A stretch of 64,000 nt of DNA from an uncultured virus (IMG/VR IMGVR_UViG_3300009168_000001). Its lineage: Duplodnaviria; Heunggongvirae; Uroviricota; Caudoviricetes. Below are positions 19,966 to 29,906 of this stretch, piece by piece. Every line of letters begins with the position of its first letter. Positions within the stretch are counted from its first letter, which is position 1. The stretch lies in IMG/VR virus record IMGVR_UViG_3300009168_000001; one strand, 5' to 3'. The translations under genes and the position numbers were made by a program. The notes under the pieces were generated by a model, which had not been told where the DNA came from, searched no databases, and worked only from the letters and a program-made list of their open reading frames with translations.

Positions 19966-20908
19966 TGCCGGCACCACAATATCTCGTGGTGTCATCAACG
20001 AGTCACCATGGATGATGGTCAACCGGTTCTGTCACGACGTGCCCAGTATTTCTTCGTGACGCTCCGGTGAAAGAGTCCACTTGACGACAGTTCACATGGA
20101 GTCGCAGGGTGCGACTCAAGCGAAAGGCGTCGCTGGTCCCAACCGGCGACGCCTCTCTAAACCCGACGACCTTGTTGCTGCAAGGCGTGGATGTCTGCGC
20201 GAACACTACTACAAGTTCCCGCATATCATCAACCCTCCCCAGCATCAAGCGTTCCGGCGACCAGTGTAGGGCTTGCCCCGTCTGGAGGTCGTTAAACTCT
20301 TGCCAGACAGGCCGACCGTCCCTTCGCGGCTCCGCGATGACAGGTCAGGCCCGTCCACCAACCCTGTCCGTGGATTCGGGATTCCGAATTCGTGGGGGGT
20401 TGGGGGGTGTGGCCTCTTGAGCCCTCGCTCACCACGATGACAGGACGAGCAAGAGAGGGAGAGCAATGAGGTGAAGAAGTGGAGAGCGTATCAGCCAACA
20501 GCATACGACTTACAGAGAGACCCAAGCTTAGCGGTGAAGAAGAAAGCGAAGGTGAAGGGATTCAACTGGGCGAGATGGAATGCGGAGAACAGTAGAGCGG
20601 CGCGTGAGGCTGACATAGCACTTGCGGTGCTGAAGGACATGAAGAAGGAGCAACAATGAACGGTCCCCAACCAGACGACGAAGAAGATCAGCACAAGACT
20701 TTCCTCCTCGCAGCCCTCCGGGCGGCATCGGCGCGGGCCAAGCTGATGGACGCGGACATCACCACCATCGGCATCGCTTTGAAGGGCGACCTGATTGGCT
20801 GCGAGACCGCTGTGGCGTGGATCAGGGACTCTGGGCTGTTGGGCATGGTCGGGGCGATTCCCGAACAGGTGGGGCGCGCAGAGACGCGGATCAGGGTGGA
20901 GATGTCCG

Positions 20909-21352
20909 ATGCTGCGGGATGATCGCCGCCACACGGACACGCTGTTGGTCGCGATAGACCGGCTCGAAGAGGTCGTGAGGTTGCTTGCCGGCATTGTGCG
21001 TGAGCACGAGAGCGTGGAGAACGTCGACTTTCTGGATCGCAGGATCGAGGACGTTGACTTCGGCGGCAGCACAACACGCATCCGCAATATGTTTCACAAT
21101 CACAACGTCGACGTCGAGTCGAAGCGCACAATGGCTGCGGGCTACAACGTCACCCATAACGGCCAGTACTTCACCAGCAAGATCGAGACGGTGCGCGATC
21201 TGGTTGGGCTCAGCGAGAAGGACTTGCTGCGTTGCTACAACATCGGTCGCCTGTCGGTGGACCGGATCAAGGGTGTGCTGGCGGCTCATGGTCTAAGCCT
21301 CTCGACGTACAAGTTCTGGGCTGACTCTCACGCGGATGAGGAAGTGCCATGA
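20909..21352 (+). CDS. Stand-alone RNA polymerase alpha-subunit CTD-like protein
   Basis: IEDVDF..TTRIRN...IETVRDLVGLSEKDLLRCYNIGRLSVDRIKGVLAAHGLSL aligns by eye with the RpoA CTD, with a ~25-aa insertion. Confidence 0.75.
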   Translation: MLRDDRRHTDTLLVAIDRLEEVVRLLAGIVREHESVENVDFLDRRIEDVDFGGSTTRIRNMFHNHNVDVESKRTMAAGYNVTHNGQYFTSKIETVRDLVGLSEKDLLRCYNIGRLSVDRIKGVLAAHGLSLSTYKFWADSHADEEVP

Positions 21353-22902
21353 CGCTGCGTGATGACCAAGAGGTGGCGCTTCAGGCGCTGCGTGACGCGG
21401 TAGGGCAAGGCAAGCGGCGGATCATGATGCAAGCGCCGACAGGTTACGGCAAGACGATGCTGGCCAGTGCTGTAGTCAACAACGCGCGCGCCAAGGACAA
21501 GCGCATCCTGTTCACGGTGCCGGCGATCTCGCTGATCGACCAGACCATCGAGATGTTTGCCAAGCAAGGCATCTGGGACATCGGTGTCATTCAGGCGACG
21601 CATCATCAGACGGACTGGAATCAACCGATCCAGATTTGCTCGATCCAGTCACTGATGAAGCGAACGATACCGAAGGCCGACGTTGTGCTCCTCGATGAGG
21701 CGCATCGCTGGTTCAGGTTCTATGAGCGCTGGCTGGCACCGTCGATCATGCCAGACTGGGCCAACGTGCCGTTCATTGGTCTCAGCGCGACGCCGTGGAC
21801 GAAAGGTCTCGGCGCTTGGTTCGATCACTTCCATCGTGCGGCGACGATCCAAGACATGATCGACGCCGGCAACCTGTCGCCGTTCAAGGTCTATGCGCCG
21901 TCGCATCCCGACCTGTCGAACGTGCGCACGGTCGGCGGTGACTACCACGAGGGCGAACTGTCCGACCTGATGTCGGAGAAGCGACTGGTCGCCGACATTG
22001 TCGAGACGTGGCTGAAGCTGGGACGTGGCCGACCGACGCTGTGCTACTGCGTCGACCGCGCGCACGCCAAGAAGGTGCAAGCACAGTTCATCGCAGCCGG
22101 CGTGCGCTGTGGCTATCAGGACCACCTGACCGGCGACCAGAGCAAGCGCAGCAAAAAGACCGGGCAATGGATCGAGGGCCGCGAGAGCGTCAAGCGGAAA
22201 TTTCACAATGGGGAATACGAGGTGGTGTGCAACGTCGAGACGTTGACGACGGGCGTCGACTGGGATGTGCGCTGCATCTCGATGTGCCGACCGACCAAGA
22301 GCGATATGCTGTTCTGCCAGATCGTCGGGCGTGGCCTGCGCATTGCGCCCAACAAGGACGACTGCCTGATCCTCGACCACAGTGACAACCACCTGCGGCT
22401 TGGCTTCGTCACCGACGTCGATGCGAGCTACACCGGGTTGCACGACGGCAAGTCGCCGACGCACGAGAACCGAACCAGTGCGATCCGGCTGCCGAAGGAG
22501 TGCCCGGGCTGCGGTTACCTGAAGGCACCGAAGATGGCGCAGTGCCCGGCGTGCAAGTTCGTCGCGCAGCGGGTGAGCAAGATCGAGCCCGAGGCCGGCG
22601 AGCTCCGCGAGCTCAAGCCGAAACCGAAGAGGCCGATGAGTGATGGCGCGTACCTGACGCACAACGAGAAGGCGATGTTCTATGCCGAGCTCAAGGGCTA
22701 CGCGTACCAGCATAATTACAAAGAGGGCTGGGCGGCGAACAAGTATCGTGAGAGAATCGGCACGTGGCCGGCGAACGACATGAAGCACATCCAGATGCTT
22801 GCACCGAAGCCGAGCACCGCATCGTGGATCAAGAGCCGCGCCATCGCGTGGGCAAAGTCAAAGGCGAGAAACTATGGACAGCAAGACGATAGAACTTCTT
22901 GA
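21349..22902 (+). CDS. Superfamily II helicase (RadD/YejH-like) with C-terminal Zn ribbon
   Basis: APTGYGKT, DEAH, SATP, QIVGRGLR, CPGC...CPAC. Confidence 0.9.
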   Translation: MTLRDDQEVALQALRDAVGQGKRRIMMQAPTGYGKTMLASAVVNNARAKDKRILFTVPAISLIDQTIEMFAKQGIWDIGVIQATHHQTDWNQPIQICSIQSLMKRTIPKADVVLLDEAHRWFRFYERWLAPSIMPDWANVPFIGLSATPWTKGLGAWFDHFHRAATIQDMIDAGNLSPFKVYAPSHPDLSNVRTVGGDYHEGELSDLMSEKRLVADIVETWLKLGRGRPTLCYCVDRAHAKKVQAQFIAAGVRCGYQDHLTGDQSKRSKKTGQWIEGRESVKRKFHNGEYEVVCNVETLTTGVDWDVRCISMCRPTKSDMLFCQIVGRGLRIAPNKDDCLILDHSDNHLRLGFVTDVDASYTGLHDGKSPTHENRTSAIRLPKECPGCGYLKAPKMAQCPACKFVAQRVSKIEPEAGELRELKPKPKRPMSDGAYLTHNEKAMFYAELKGYAYQHNYKEGWAANKYRERIGTWPANDMKHIQMLAPKPSTASWIKSRAIAWAKSKARNYGQQDDRTS

Positions 22903-23577
22903 CTACGCGTCGATGTGGATCACACCAAATGTTCATGCGGACGATATCGAGCACGAGCGTCAACAGATGGAAGCGAAGTATCGCAAGAAGCTGGCGGTTC
23001 ATACGCGCGAGATCGTCTCGCGCTCCGGAGCCCAGTGCACGCGGATCGAATGGAGGGTGGTGGACCCATGAGAAGGTACGAAAAGTCGCCGCCAAGGATG
23101 GCCGCGCTGACGTGGGCGATCAGGAAGGCAAACGAGAGTCCGAAGAATTATGTGGCGTTCAAGGACCGGCCACCGATGAGCGGCAGGACGGTGATCCATC
23201 ATCCCAAGAGCAAGCGACCCATCACACTGCCGAAGATCGACTGGGGGAAGTGATGCGTGAGCCGGAGATGATCGAGATCAAGGAGCGCGTGATCGATCCG
23301 CGCGACCTTTGCCAGTGGGAGAATCCGATGGCGTTCTGTTCGCAGTGTGGGACGTACTTGCACTGCAAGCACGACGACGAGATCGAGTATCGGCGGCGGG
23401 AGGAGAAGGAATAATGGACTGGGACAAGGTTGCTGATGTGTTGGAGGATGAAGCCAAGCGGCTTCGGCTTGATGCGGTGGGCGGCTTCCCCAACGACTTC
23501 GATACTCAGAAGGAGATGCGGACTCGCGCCAGCATATTCGAGGTGTTCGGGAAAGCCTTGCGCTACGGGTTAGAGCC

Positions 23578-23670
23578 ATGAGCGTGATCGACCGGGTGTC
23601 GTTGTGGGATCAGCACTGCAAGCACGACGACGAGATCGAGTATCGCAGGCGTGAGGAGAAGGAGATGTGA
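23578..23670 (+). pseudogene. 30-aa chimeric mini-ORF (recombination scar)
   Basis: 5' half matches the start of 24788-25108; 3' half matches the end of 23253-23414. Confidence 0.65.
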
Positions 23671-24341
23671 GACGCCATAACCGTCATCGTCACGAGAGTG
23701 AGGTTGGCTTTGATTCAAACGTCATTGATCGTGATTTCGATGACGGTGACTTGGACCTTGCGCTGATGCGGCACCAGATCGTGATGCACGGCGCGGTTAC
23801 GCTGCATCCCGATGGTGACCGTCGCGACGGGGTCTATGACCCGGTGCCGTTGCACAGCCACATACCTGACGGCGGAGAATTCCTGAGCAAGGCGCAGGTG
23901 CGTGAGCGTGCAAGGTGGAAGCAAAAGGTGAAGGAAGAGGCGGAGCAATGGGAGCGCGAACACGCCGAGGAAACGGATGCGTGGTATCGCGTACAGAGAG
24001 AGCGGGAGGAGAAGTGGCGGCGTGATCATGCCAGAGAGGAAATGCTGCGGGAGAGATATCGTCGCGAGGTGAGCCATAGGCCTGCGGCTTGGAAGCCGCC
24101 GCCAGAGAACAAGCACGAGGAGATGCTGCGCAACATGCGGGTGGGGGACCCGCCGCCAAAGGGCATCGGTCGGGTGTGGCGGAATTACCTGATGATCAGC
24201 GAGGACGACATCAACACCAACCCTGCGCTGGAGGACTACCCGTGGCATGAGGTGTGGCGCGGTCATGGCATGATCATCTTGAAGCGGCAGGATGAGCCGG
24301 CACCGTGGTATTCTTCGGACGTCGCGTGGAGGTTCTTATGA
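23667..24341 (+). CDS. Charged hypothetical protein
   Basis: 224 aa with an R/E-rich helical middle; coupled start and stop. Confidence 0.5.
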   Translation: MRRHNRHRHESEVGFDSNVIDRDFDDGDLDLALMRHQIVMHGAVTLHPDGDRRDGVYDPVPLHSHIPDGGEFLSKAQVRERARWKQKVKEEAEQWEREHAEETDAWYRVQREREEKWRRDHAREEMLRERYRREVSHRPAAWKPPPENKHEEMLRNMRVGDPPPKGIGRVWRNYLMISEDDINTNPALEDYPWHEVWRGHGMIILKRQDEPAPWYSSDVAWRFL

Positions 24342-24485
24342 GAGATCAGTCGTTCGAGTTCACGCCAGACATGCCGGTTGAAACGATGACCGATCAGGAA
24401 TTGTTCGAGGTGTTGCGGACGCTGGTCATCCAGCACGGCGATTCAATGCACGTGCGCGTGCTGCACGAATTCAGGGAGAGGTTCA

Positions 24486-24791
24486 ATGCACACCAAAGAC
24501 ATGCTCGCCGATGAACTGCGCAAGGTCGGCCTCAACGACATGGCGGATCGCGCCGCGACCGGCTGGTATCACGACTTCCTGTCACCGCTCGACACGCCCT
24601 CCATCACGCTGGCGGACGATCTCGCGCTGGCAGCGGCCAGAGCACAACACTGTGGCTTCAGCGCCGACATCATCGCGTTGCGCCAGCGTCACCTCAACGG
24701 CGACTTCGATGCCAGCAAGGAAGAGAGCGACGACTGGGCGGAGTCACCGGACGGTCAGGATGCATTCCAACTGTTGATGAGGAAGCCATGA
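24486..24791 (+). CDS. Phage hypothetical protein
   Basis: GAGG RBS; GWYHDFLSPL...NGDFDA. Confidence 0.6.
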   Translation: MHTKDMLADELRKVGLNDMADRAATGWYHDFLSPLDTPSITLADDLALAAARAQHCGFSADIIALRQRHLNGDFDASKEESDDWAESPDGQDAFQLLMRKP

Positions 24792-25108
24792 GCGTGATCG
24801 ACAACGTGTCGCTGTCGGATCAGATCGCGGAAGTGAAGCGCGAGCTCGAACAGCGCAAGCGCGTCTATGTGCGCATGGTCGACAACGAGAAGATGACGAA
24901 GGCTCAGGCTGAGCGGCAGATGCTGGCGATGTGTGCGGTGCTGCACACGCTGGAATTTCTACGAGACTTTCCGGGGCGGGTCTCCGTTCCCGCCCACCCA
25001 ACTGTTGACAGCGAGGGCGCACACGCCGCGCCAGACCCGAAGGTCTCCACGCTTGGGACTGGGCCGGAAACACAACGGGGCGGCATCGCTGCCGCCCCAT
25101 CGGCTTAG
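24788..25108 (+). CDS. Phage hypothetical protein
   Basis: QIAEVKRELEQRKRVY motif; ATGA overlap. Confidence 0.6.
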   Translation: MSVIDNVSLSDQIAEVKRELEQRKRVYVRMVDNEKMTKAQAERQMLAMCAVLHTLEFLRDFPGRVSVPAHPTVDSEGAHAAPDPKVSTLGTGPETQRGGIAAAPSA

Positions 25109-25200
25109 CCAGCGGGCTGGTAAAGGAGCAACCCAAACCCAGCCGCCGGAAAGACTTCGCGGGACCCTACCAACCGATCTTGGCTGGCGCAACCCGGTGA

Positions 25201-25216
25201 AATATCTCTCCACGTG
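25201..25216 (-). repeat. Intergenic motif CACGTGGAGAGATATT, copy 3
   Basis: Reverse complement of the copy 1/2 core, at the convergent junction of the + and - arms. Confidence 0.8.
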
Positions 25217-25828
25217 AGAGATCAATATGGTGCCAGCCGCTGCGACGGTGGCAAAGAGCCGCGCCTGTACAGCGGAGACCCGTAGTAGGGACCGTCCCAA
25301 GGTTCGGCGGCGGTGTAGTTGGTGGCGGTCTGCGGGTCGATGACCGGGACGCAGACACCGGAGACTTTCATCACGACGCGATGGCCGTTGATGTCCTGCG
25401 GTGCCGGCGCGACGTAGAACTTCTGCAATATCTCATTGCACTGTACTTCGGTTGGCCAGTTGCTGGACTCGGACGTGACGGCGAGGCCGCCAGTGTCCGA
25501 GATCGCCAGCACTGATGCGAGGAGACGCCATATCATTTGGGCATCTCCTTGATCAGCTTGGCGTTGGTGAGGGCGGCCATCACCTTCTTGATGCCAATCG
25601 ACCTGAAGATCATGGCGAGCACGGCACCGAGCGCTTCGTCGGCGGTGATCTCGTGCTCCTCGTCCAAGCCCTCAACGAGGTGAACGGCACCTTCGATGAA
25701 GTCGGTTGCGACCGACATCAGTAACGCGGCGCGCTCCCTGTCCTCGTCCATCAGTTGGGCGACCGACATCGCGCTCTCGCGACATCGCTCGACCGCCAGC
25801 CGGGCGAGATCGTTGAATTGAGTCTGTT

Positions 25829-26182
25829 TCATCTGTTGCTCCTTATCGTGCCGGTCTGCCGGCCCATGTTGTCGTAGACGGTGGTCGTGCCGTTCTGCGT
25901 GCTCGCCCGGCCAGTGTTCTGGCCGAGTGAGTTATAGAACGTGGTGTTGCCGCGCGTGTCGGTTGACGACCGACCGACGTTGCGCCCCATCGAATCCTGA
26001 TAGGTGCGCTGGATCGTCTGACCGTGCACCACCTGTCCGATCAGCAACAGGATGACGAACGGCAGCATGAACCAGCCGAGGAATTTCAGGAAGCCGGCGT
26101 TGGCCGCACGCCGTTGCGCTGGCGTGCGGGCCAACCTGTCCTGAGCGTCATTGAGGAAGAGCCATCCAAGAGCCCACCACAT
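25829..26182 (-). CDS. Membrane protein with three [DN]xxG[RQ]xxG repeats
   Basis: TM segment, then DSMGRNVG / NSLGQNTG / DNMGRQTG. Confidence 0.6.
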   Translation of the reverse strand: MWWALGWLFLNDAQDRLARTPAQRRAANAGFLKFLGWFMLPFVILLLIGQVVHGQTIQRTYQDSMGRNVGRSSTDTRGNTTFYNSLGQNTGRASTQNGTTTVYDNMGRQTGTIRSNR

Positions 26183-26703
26183 CACGCACCTGCCTTTCTG
26201 CGTCGCCGCCGCTGTTGGATGCGCTCGGGATAGTCGAGCAACCATTGCTGACCAGCCTCCAGCCCGAGCTCGAACAGCATCGGTGCGGTCTTGCCGGCGT
26301 AGTACCAGTCAAGCACGCCATAGACGCCGTTCTTCAGCACCGCCTTCTTGACGTAGTCGGTCTTGAGCGGGACGCCGAAGTAGCCGTTGATGCCCTTGCC
26401 TTCGGTGGTCGGGTCGATGACGTTGCCGTCACCGTCGATGCACCACGCGTGATCGAGCGGGCAACCGTGCACGAACACCTTGCCTTCGACGTAGGTGAAG
26501 TCGCCGTCGATGGCCACGTGCAGCGCGTTGCCGAAACAGTTGTGCTGTTCAAGCCGTGGCCCGACGAACGTGTTCGGTCCCGGCAGATAGCCGACACCGT
26601 GTGCAAGCAAGAAGTCGTAGTAGAGATTCTTGCCGAAGAAATCGCGCACGTTCTGGAAGTGCGTGCGCATCCCGAGGATCGGGTCATCGTTCTCGTCAAT
26701 CAT
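26182..26703 (-). CDS. Transglutaminase/papain-like fold protein (putative Cys-His-Asp triad)
   Basis: NCFGNA...YVEG...HAWC...VIDPT. Confidence 0.55.
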   Translation of the reverse strand: MIDENDDPILGMRTHFQNVRDFFGKNLYYDFLLAHGVGYLPGPNTFVGPRLEQHNCFGNALHVAIDGDFTYVEGKVFVHGCPLDHAWCIDGDGNVIDPTTEGKGINGYFGVPLKTDYVKKAVLKNGVYGVLDWYYAGKTAPMLFELGLEAGQQWLLDYPERIQQRRRRRKAGA

Positions 26704-27030
26704 TGCATTGTTGCTCCTTTTAGCGATTGTAGTTCGTGGAAGAGGTCAACGCCTTCATCACCGTCAACGATGGTGACGCTGGCGATGTTCAACGGGACGA
26801 TCTCCGCCGTTTCCATCAGGCAGTGGCCGCAGTGGAGTTGAATTATCGGGATATCCTTGCGTGGCAAGGTCATCATGCTGGCCTTACCGCAGCGCGGACA
26901 TTTCAGATCGAACAGGTAGTGCACGTGTTGCTCCTTTGAGAGTTAGAAACCGGTTGGCCCCATCAACAACAGGGCGCAGATGATGATGATCGCGGAGAAC
27001 GCGGCGACGCCGGCCATCGCGATCAGGTCC

Positions 27031-27453
27031 TCAGTCGCCATAGCCGAATCCTTTCGGTGCCGGTTGCGGCCACTCCCACATTACGGCGTGGTTCATGGCG
27101 ATGATCGGACGCACGATCTCCTCGCGTTCAATCGCCGCCTCGACGTCATTGACGCCGAGATACCAGCGCACGTCCGGTAGTTCCGAACGCCGCAGGTCGA
27201 CGGTCTCGCCGGCTTGGTCGTAGCCGTAGAACACCGCCGGGCCTGCGATCAGCTTGTGGGCGATGCCGCAGTAGGCTTGCTTCGACGGCGGGAAGAACAG
27301 GCTGTGCTGGTGCACGACGTAGCCGAGCCCGCGCCAGAGCGCGCCGTGGTCGACGTTGTCGAGACCGACCGAGGCCTGCGCCTCGATCAGCGAGTCGAAT
27401 GGTACAGCTTCGATGGTCCGCTTGTGCGGGTTGACGATAATGAAACGTGTCAT
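27031..27453 (-). CDS. Hypothetical protein (DUF3846-like)
   Basis: IIVNP...IAGPAVFYGYDQAGETVD; AAGGAGCAA RBS. Confidence 0.5.
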   Translation of the reverse strand: MTRFIIVNPHKRTIEAVPFDSLIEAQASVGLDNVDHGALWRGLGYVVHQHSLFFPPSKQAYCGIAHKLIAGPAVFYGYDQAGETVDLRRSELPDVRWYLGVNDVEAAIEREEIVRPIIAMNHAVMWEWPQPAPKGFGYGD

Positions 27454-27468
27454 GGTGTTTGCTCCTTT

Positions 27469-27837
27469 TCAGATCAGGCCAAAGCGGAAGCGGGCGGCAT
27501 CGAGCCGCTCGCGGTTCTTGCGGTCGAACGTGTCGCGCTGCGCGGTGTAGCGATGGTTGCGTTGTTCATCGCGCAGCTTCATGTCGCAGCCGGCACCGGA
27601 GTTGATCAGCAACCTGACATCCTCCTGCACGAGACCCGTGGTGCGGTCGACCAGACCGCAGCGCGAGCCGTCCGTGTCCCATTGCAGTTCGGGACACGGG
27701 CCTTGACGCTTGCCGTGGATCGCCGCCGCCAGATCGCAGAGCGACGAGGTGCAGCACAACCCACAGCGGTTACAGGGATCGCCATGCCGGGGCTTCTTCT
27801 CCAGCATGGCGCGGGGTACGACGGCGACGATGCTCAT
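27469..27837 (-). CDS. CxxCxxCC (YkgJ-like) cysteine-cluster protein
   Basis: CNRCGLCC...CP.L...CGL. Confidence 0.6.
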   Translation of the reverse strand: MSIVAVVPRAMLEKKPRHGDPCNRCGLCCTSSLCDLAAAIHGKRQGPCPELQWDTDGSRCGLVDRTTGLVQEDVRLLINSGAGCDMKLRDEQRNHRYTAQRDTFDRKNRERLDAARFRFGLI

Positions 27838-27997
27838 CGCTTGCTCCTCATTCTGAGGGCCATGCGAAGTGCGCGTATCCAGTTGTTGGTCCCCGACTTC
27901 AGGGTCTGCCCGCCGACGACCTTGACCTTGGTCATCGTGGTGTCGGCGAACAGGGTCACCTCGTAGGTCTTGCCACCAAAGGTGACGAGCATAGTGG

Positions 27998-28234
27998 TCA
28001 CGGCTTATCCTCCGTAAAGTTGAAGTAGAAGCGCGGGCTATGGGTGAATTCCATCGAGCCCTTTGCGCCGTCGCTCTTGCGGGTGACGAACACGAACGGC
28101 GCGAGGAACGACTGCACCGTGAAGTCACGCTGTAGCTCCTCGGTATTCCAGCGCTGATCGGCGCGTGCCAGATCGGCGTATGGCTGGTTGGTCTCCAGCA
28201 TCTCGCGGCGGAGTGCTTCGGTCGGGTCGGACAT
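27998..28234 (-). CDS. Conserved phage hypothetical protein
   Basis: FLAPFVFVTRKSDGAKGSMEFTHSPRFYF. Confidence 0.6.
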   Translation of the reverse strand: MSDPTEALRREMLETNQPYADLARADQRWNTEELQRDFTVQSFLAPFVFVTRKSDGAKGSMEFTHSPRFYFNFTEDKP

Positions 28235-28572
28235 TATGCGGCCTCCTCATCTAGGACTGCGTTGTAAAGATCATCGCTTGCGATGCGTTCGAGTAGATCG
28301 ATGGCGAGCCGCTTGGTATCGCCACCGCGCGACACGGCGGCGGACCGCAGTGACATCATGGCAGCGAGACTGATCGGCAGCGGCAACGTGATGGTGCCGG
28401 ATGGCTTGTGTCTGCCGCCCTTGCGCAGCGAGATGCCGCGCTTGCTGCACATCACGGTGAGCGAGCCCGGCGTGATGCCGAACTGTTCGGCGATCTCGTA
28501 CTTGGTCAGGCCTTGCTCGATCAGCGCGGGTACGCCGTCGAGCATGGCCATGTTGACGCGGGACTGTCTCAT
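28234..28572 (-). CDS. HTH-containing protein
   Basis: GLTKYEIAEQFGITPGSLTVMCSKRGISL. Confidence 0.6.
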   Translation of the reverse strand: MRQSRVNMAMLDGVPALIEQGLTKYEIAEQFGITPGSLTVMCSKRGISLRKGGRHKPSGTITLPLPISLAAMMSLRSAAVSRGGDTKRLAIDLLERIASDDLYNAVLDEEAA

Positions 28573-28991
28573 CGTTCTTGCTCCATTGCGATCAGGGTCA
28601 GTAGGGTGCTGTGTGCCTCTTGCTGGCGGGCGATGTAGGCGGTGAGTGCCTCGCGCCGCAGCGTGACAATCACGCGTCGGTCGGGGTGGTTGGAATTCCA
28701 CCAGCGCTGCGCGGTGACCGCGCGGGCGTGGCTGGTGTAGACGGCGACGTCGTCGCTCTGCGGATGATCAAGGCGAAGCGGACCAAGCCGCTGGTTGCCG
28801 TCGACCTTCTGACAGATCAGGTTCATGTCGTCGGCGGTCTTGAGGACGTAGCCGGCGGGGCCGTCCTCCATCAGTGCGCGGGTGGCCTCGATGTTGAGGA
28901 GGATCACGCGCGCCATCTCTGTCGGTGTCATCTGGGTTGCTCCTTATAGAAATCCCGGCAGCGGGGATTCGCTGCCGGGGTTAGATCAATG

Positions 28992-29507
28992 TCAGCCGTT
29001 TCGAATCAGGTCTAGGGCTGCCTTGCCACTCACCGGCATCTTACGGGTCTCGCCGGCCTTCTTCGCTTTCATCGTGGCGATCCGGCCACGCGCCTTTGCG
29101 ACCTTGGTCGTGGCTTGCTCCTCCCTGATCTGATCGGCGATCACGGCATCCGCTGCCTTCTGCGCTGCGTCACCGCGCCGTAGGAATTCGGGGATGTCGA
29201 GGTTGGCGTCGGGGTCGACACCGACCGCGCCGGGGCATTGCGGCCCGGAGGGACCGGTGAGGCCGAGCGGCTCGAACGTCAGCTTGACGTTGTCCGGGTT
29301 GGCGACCGGGTGAGACGTGACCTTGACGGCCACCGGGGCGGCGATCTCCTCGACCAGCCGATCAGCCACGCTGGGCTGATGGACCTTGAGCATCCGCTTC
29401 CGCTTCTTCTCCAGCTTGTCGATCATGGTGACCGACCGCTTGAGTCGTGACTTCCACCGGGCGATGCTCGCATCGAGATGCTCGATGGTCTCAGTCTTGC
29501 GTGTCAT
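28992..29507 (-). CDS. Hypothetical protein
   Basis: AAGGAG RBS; coiled N-terminus; LDIPEFLRR motif; GC-rich hairpin at 28955-28978 downstream. Confidence 0.55.
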   Translation of the reverse strand: MTRKTETIEHLDASIARWKSRLKRSVTMIDKLEKKRKRMLKVHQPSVADRLVEEIAAPVAVKVTSHPVANPDNVKLTFEPLGLTGPSGPQCPGAVGVDPDANLDIPEFLRRGDAAQKAADAVIADQIREEQATTKVAKARGRIATMKAKKAGETRKMPVSGKAALDLIRNG

Positions 29508-29906
29508 GGTTACTCCTTTGGTTGACAACGCGTGCAGTGTAGCAAACGCACCTCCGCCAAATCGGGAGTCGGATCGACTCCAGATCAGCAAACACTGCAA
29601 TGGCAGTGTCTGGCTTTGCGTTCGCTCAAACTTGACATGGGAAATTGCAGGGCGCGACGCATGCGAGATGCGCCGCGCGATGTTGTAAACGCCGACAGTG
29701 TAGCGGCTAGCCCGGCAAAAATATTTTTCGCATGCCCCAGTCTTTGCCGTCGCACCATCCCTCGATGTACTCGCGCGCGTACATCATCTTGAGCCGGCGC
29801 TGATCATCGTTCTGGTACGACCATGCGCGTATCTGCCGGCCTTGCCACGTCACGACGACCGCGCCGCGATCATTGTCGGTGACGCGCGGTCGGTTCAATG
29901 TCTCGT

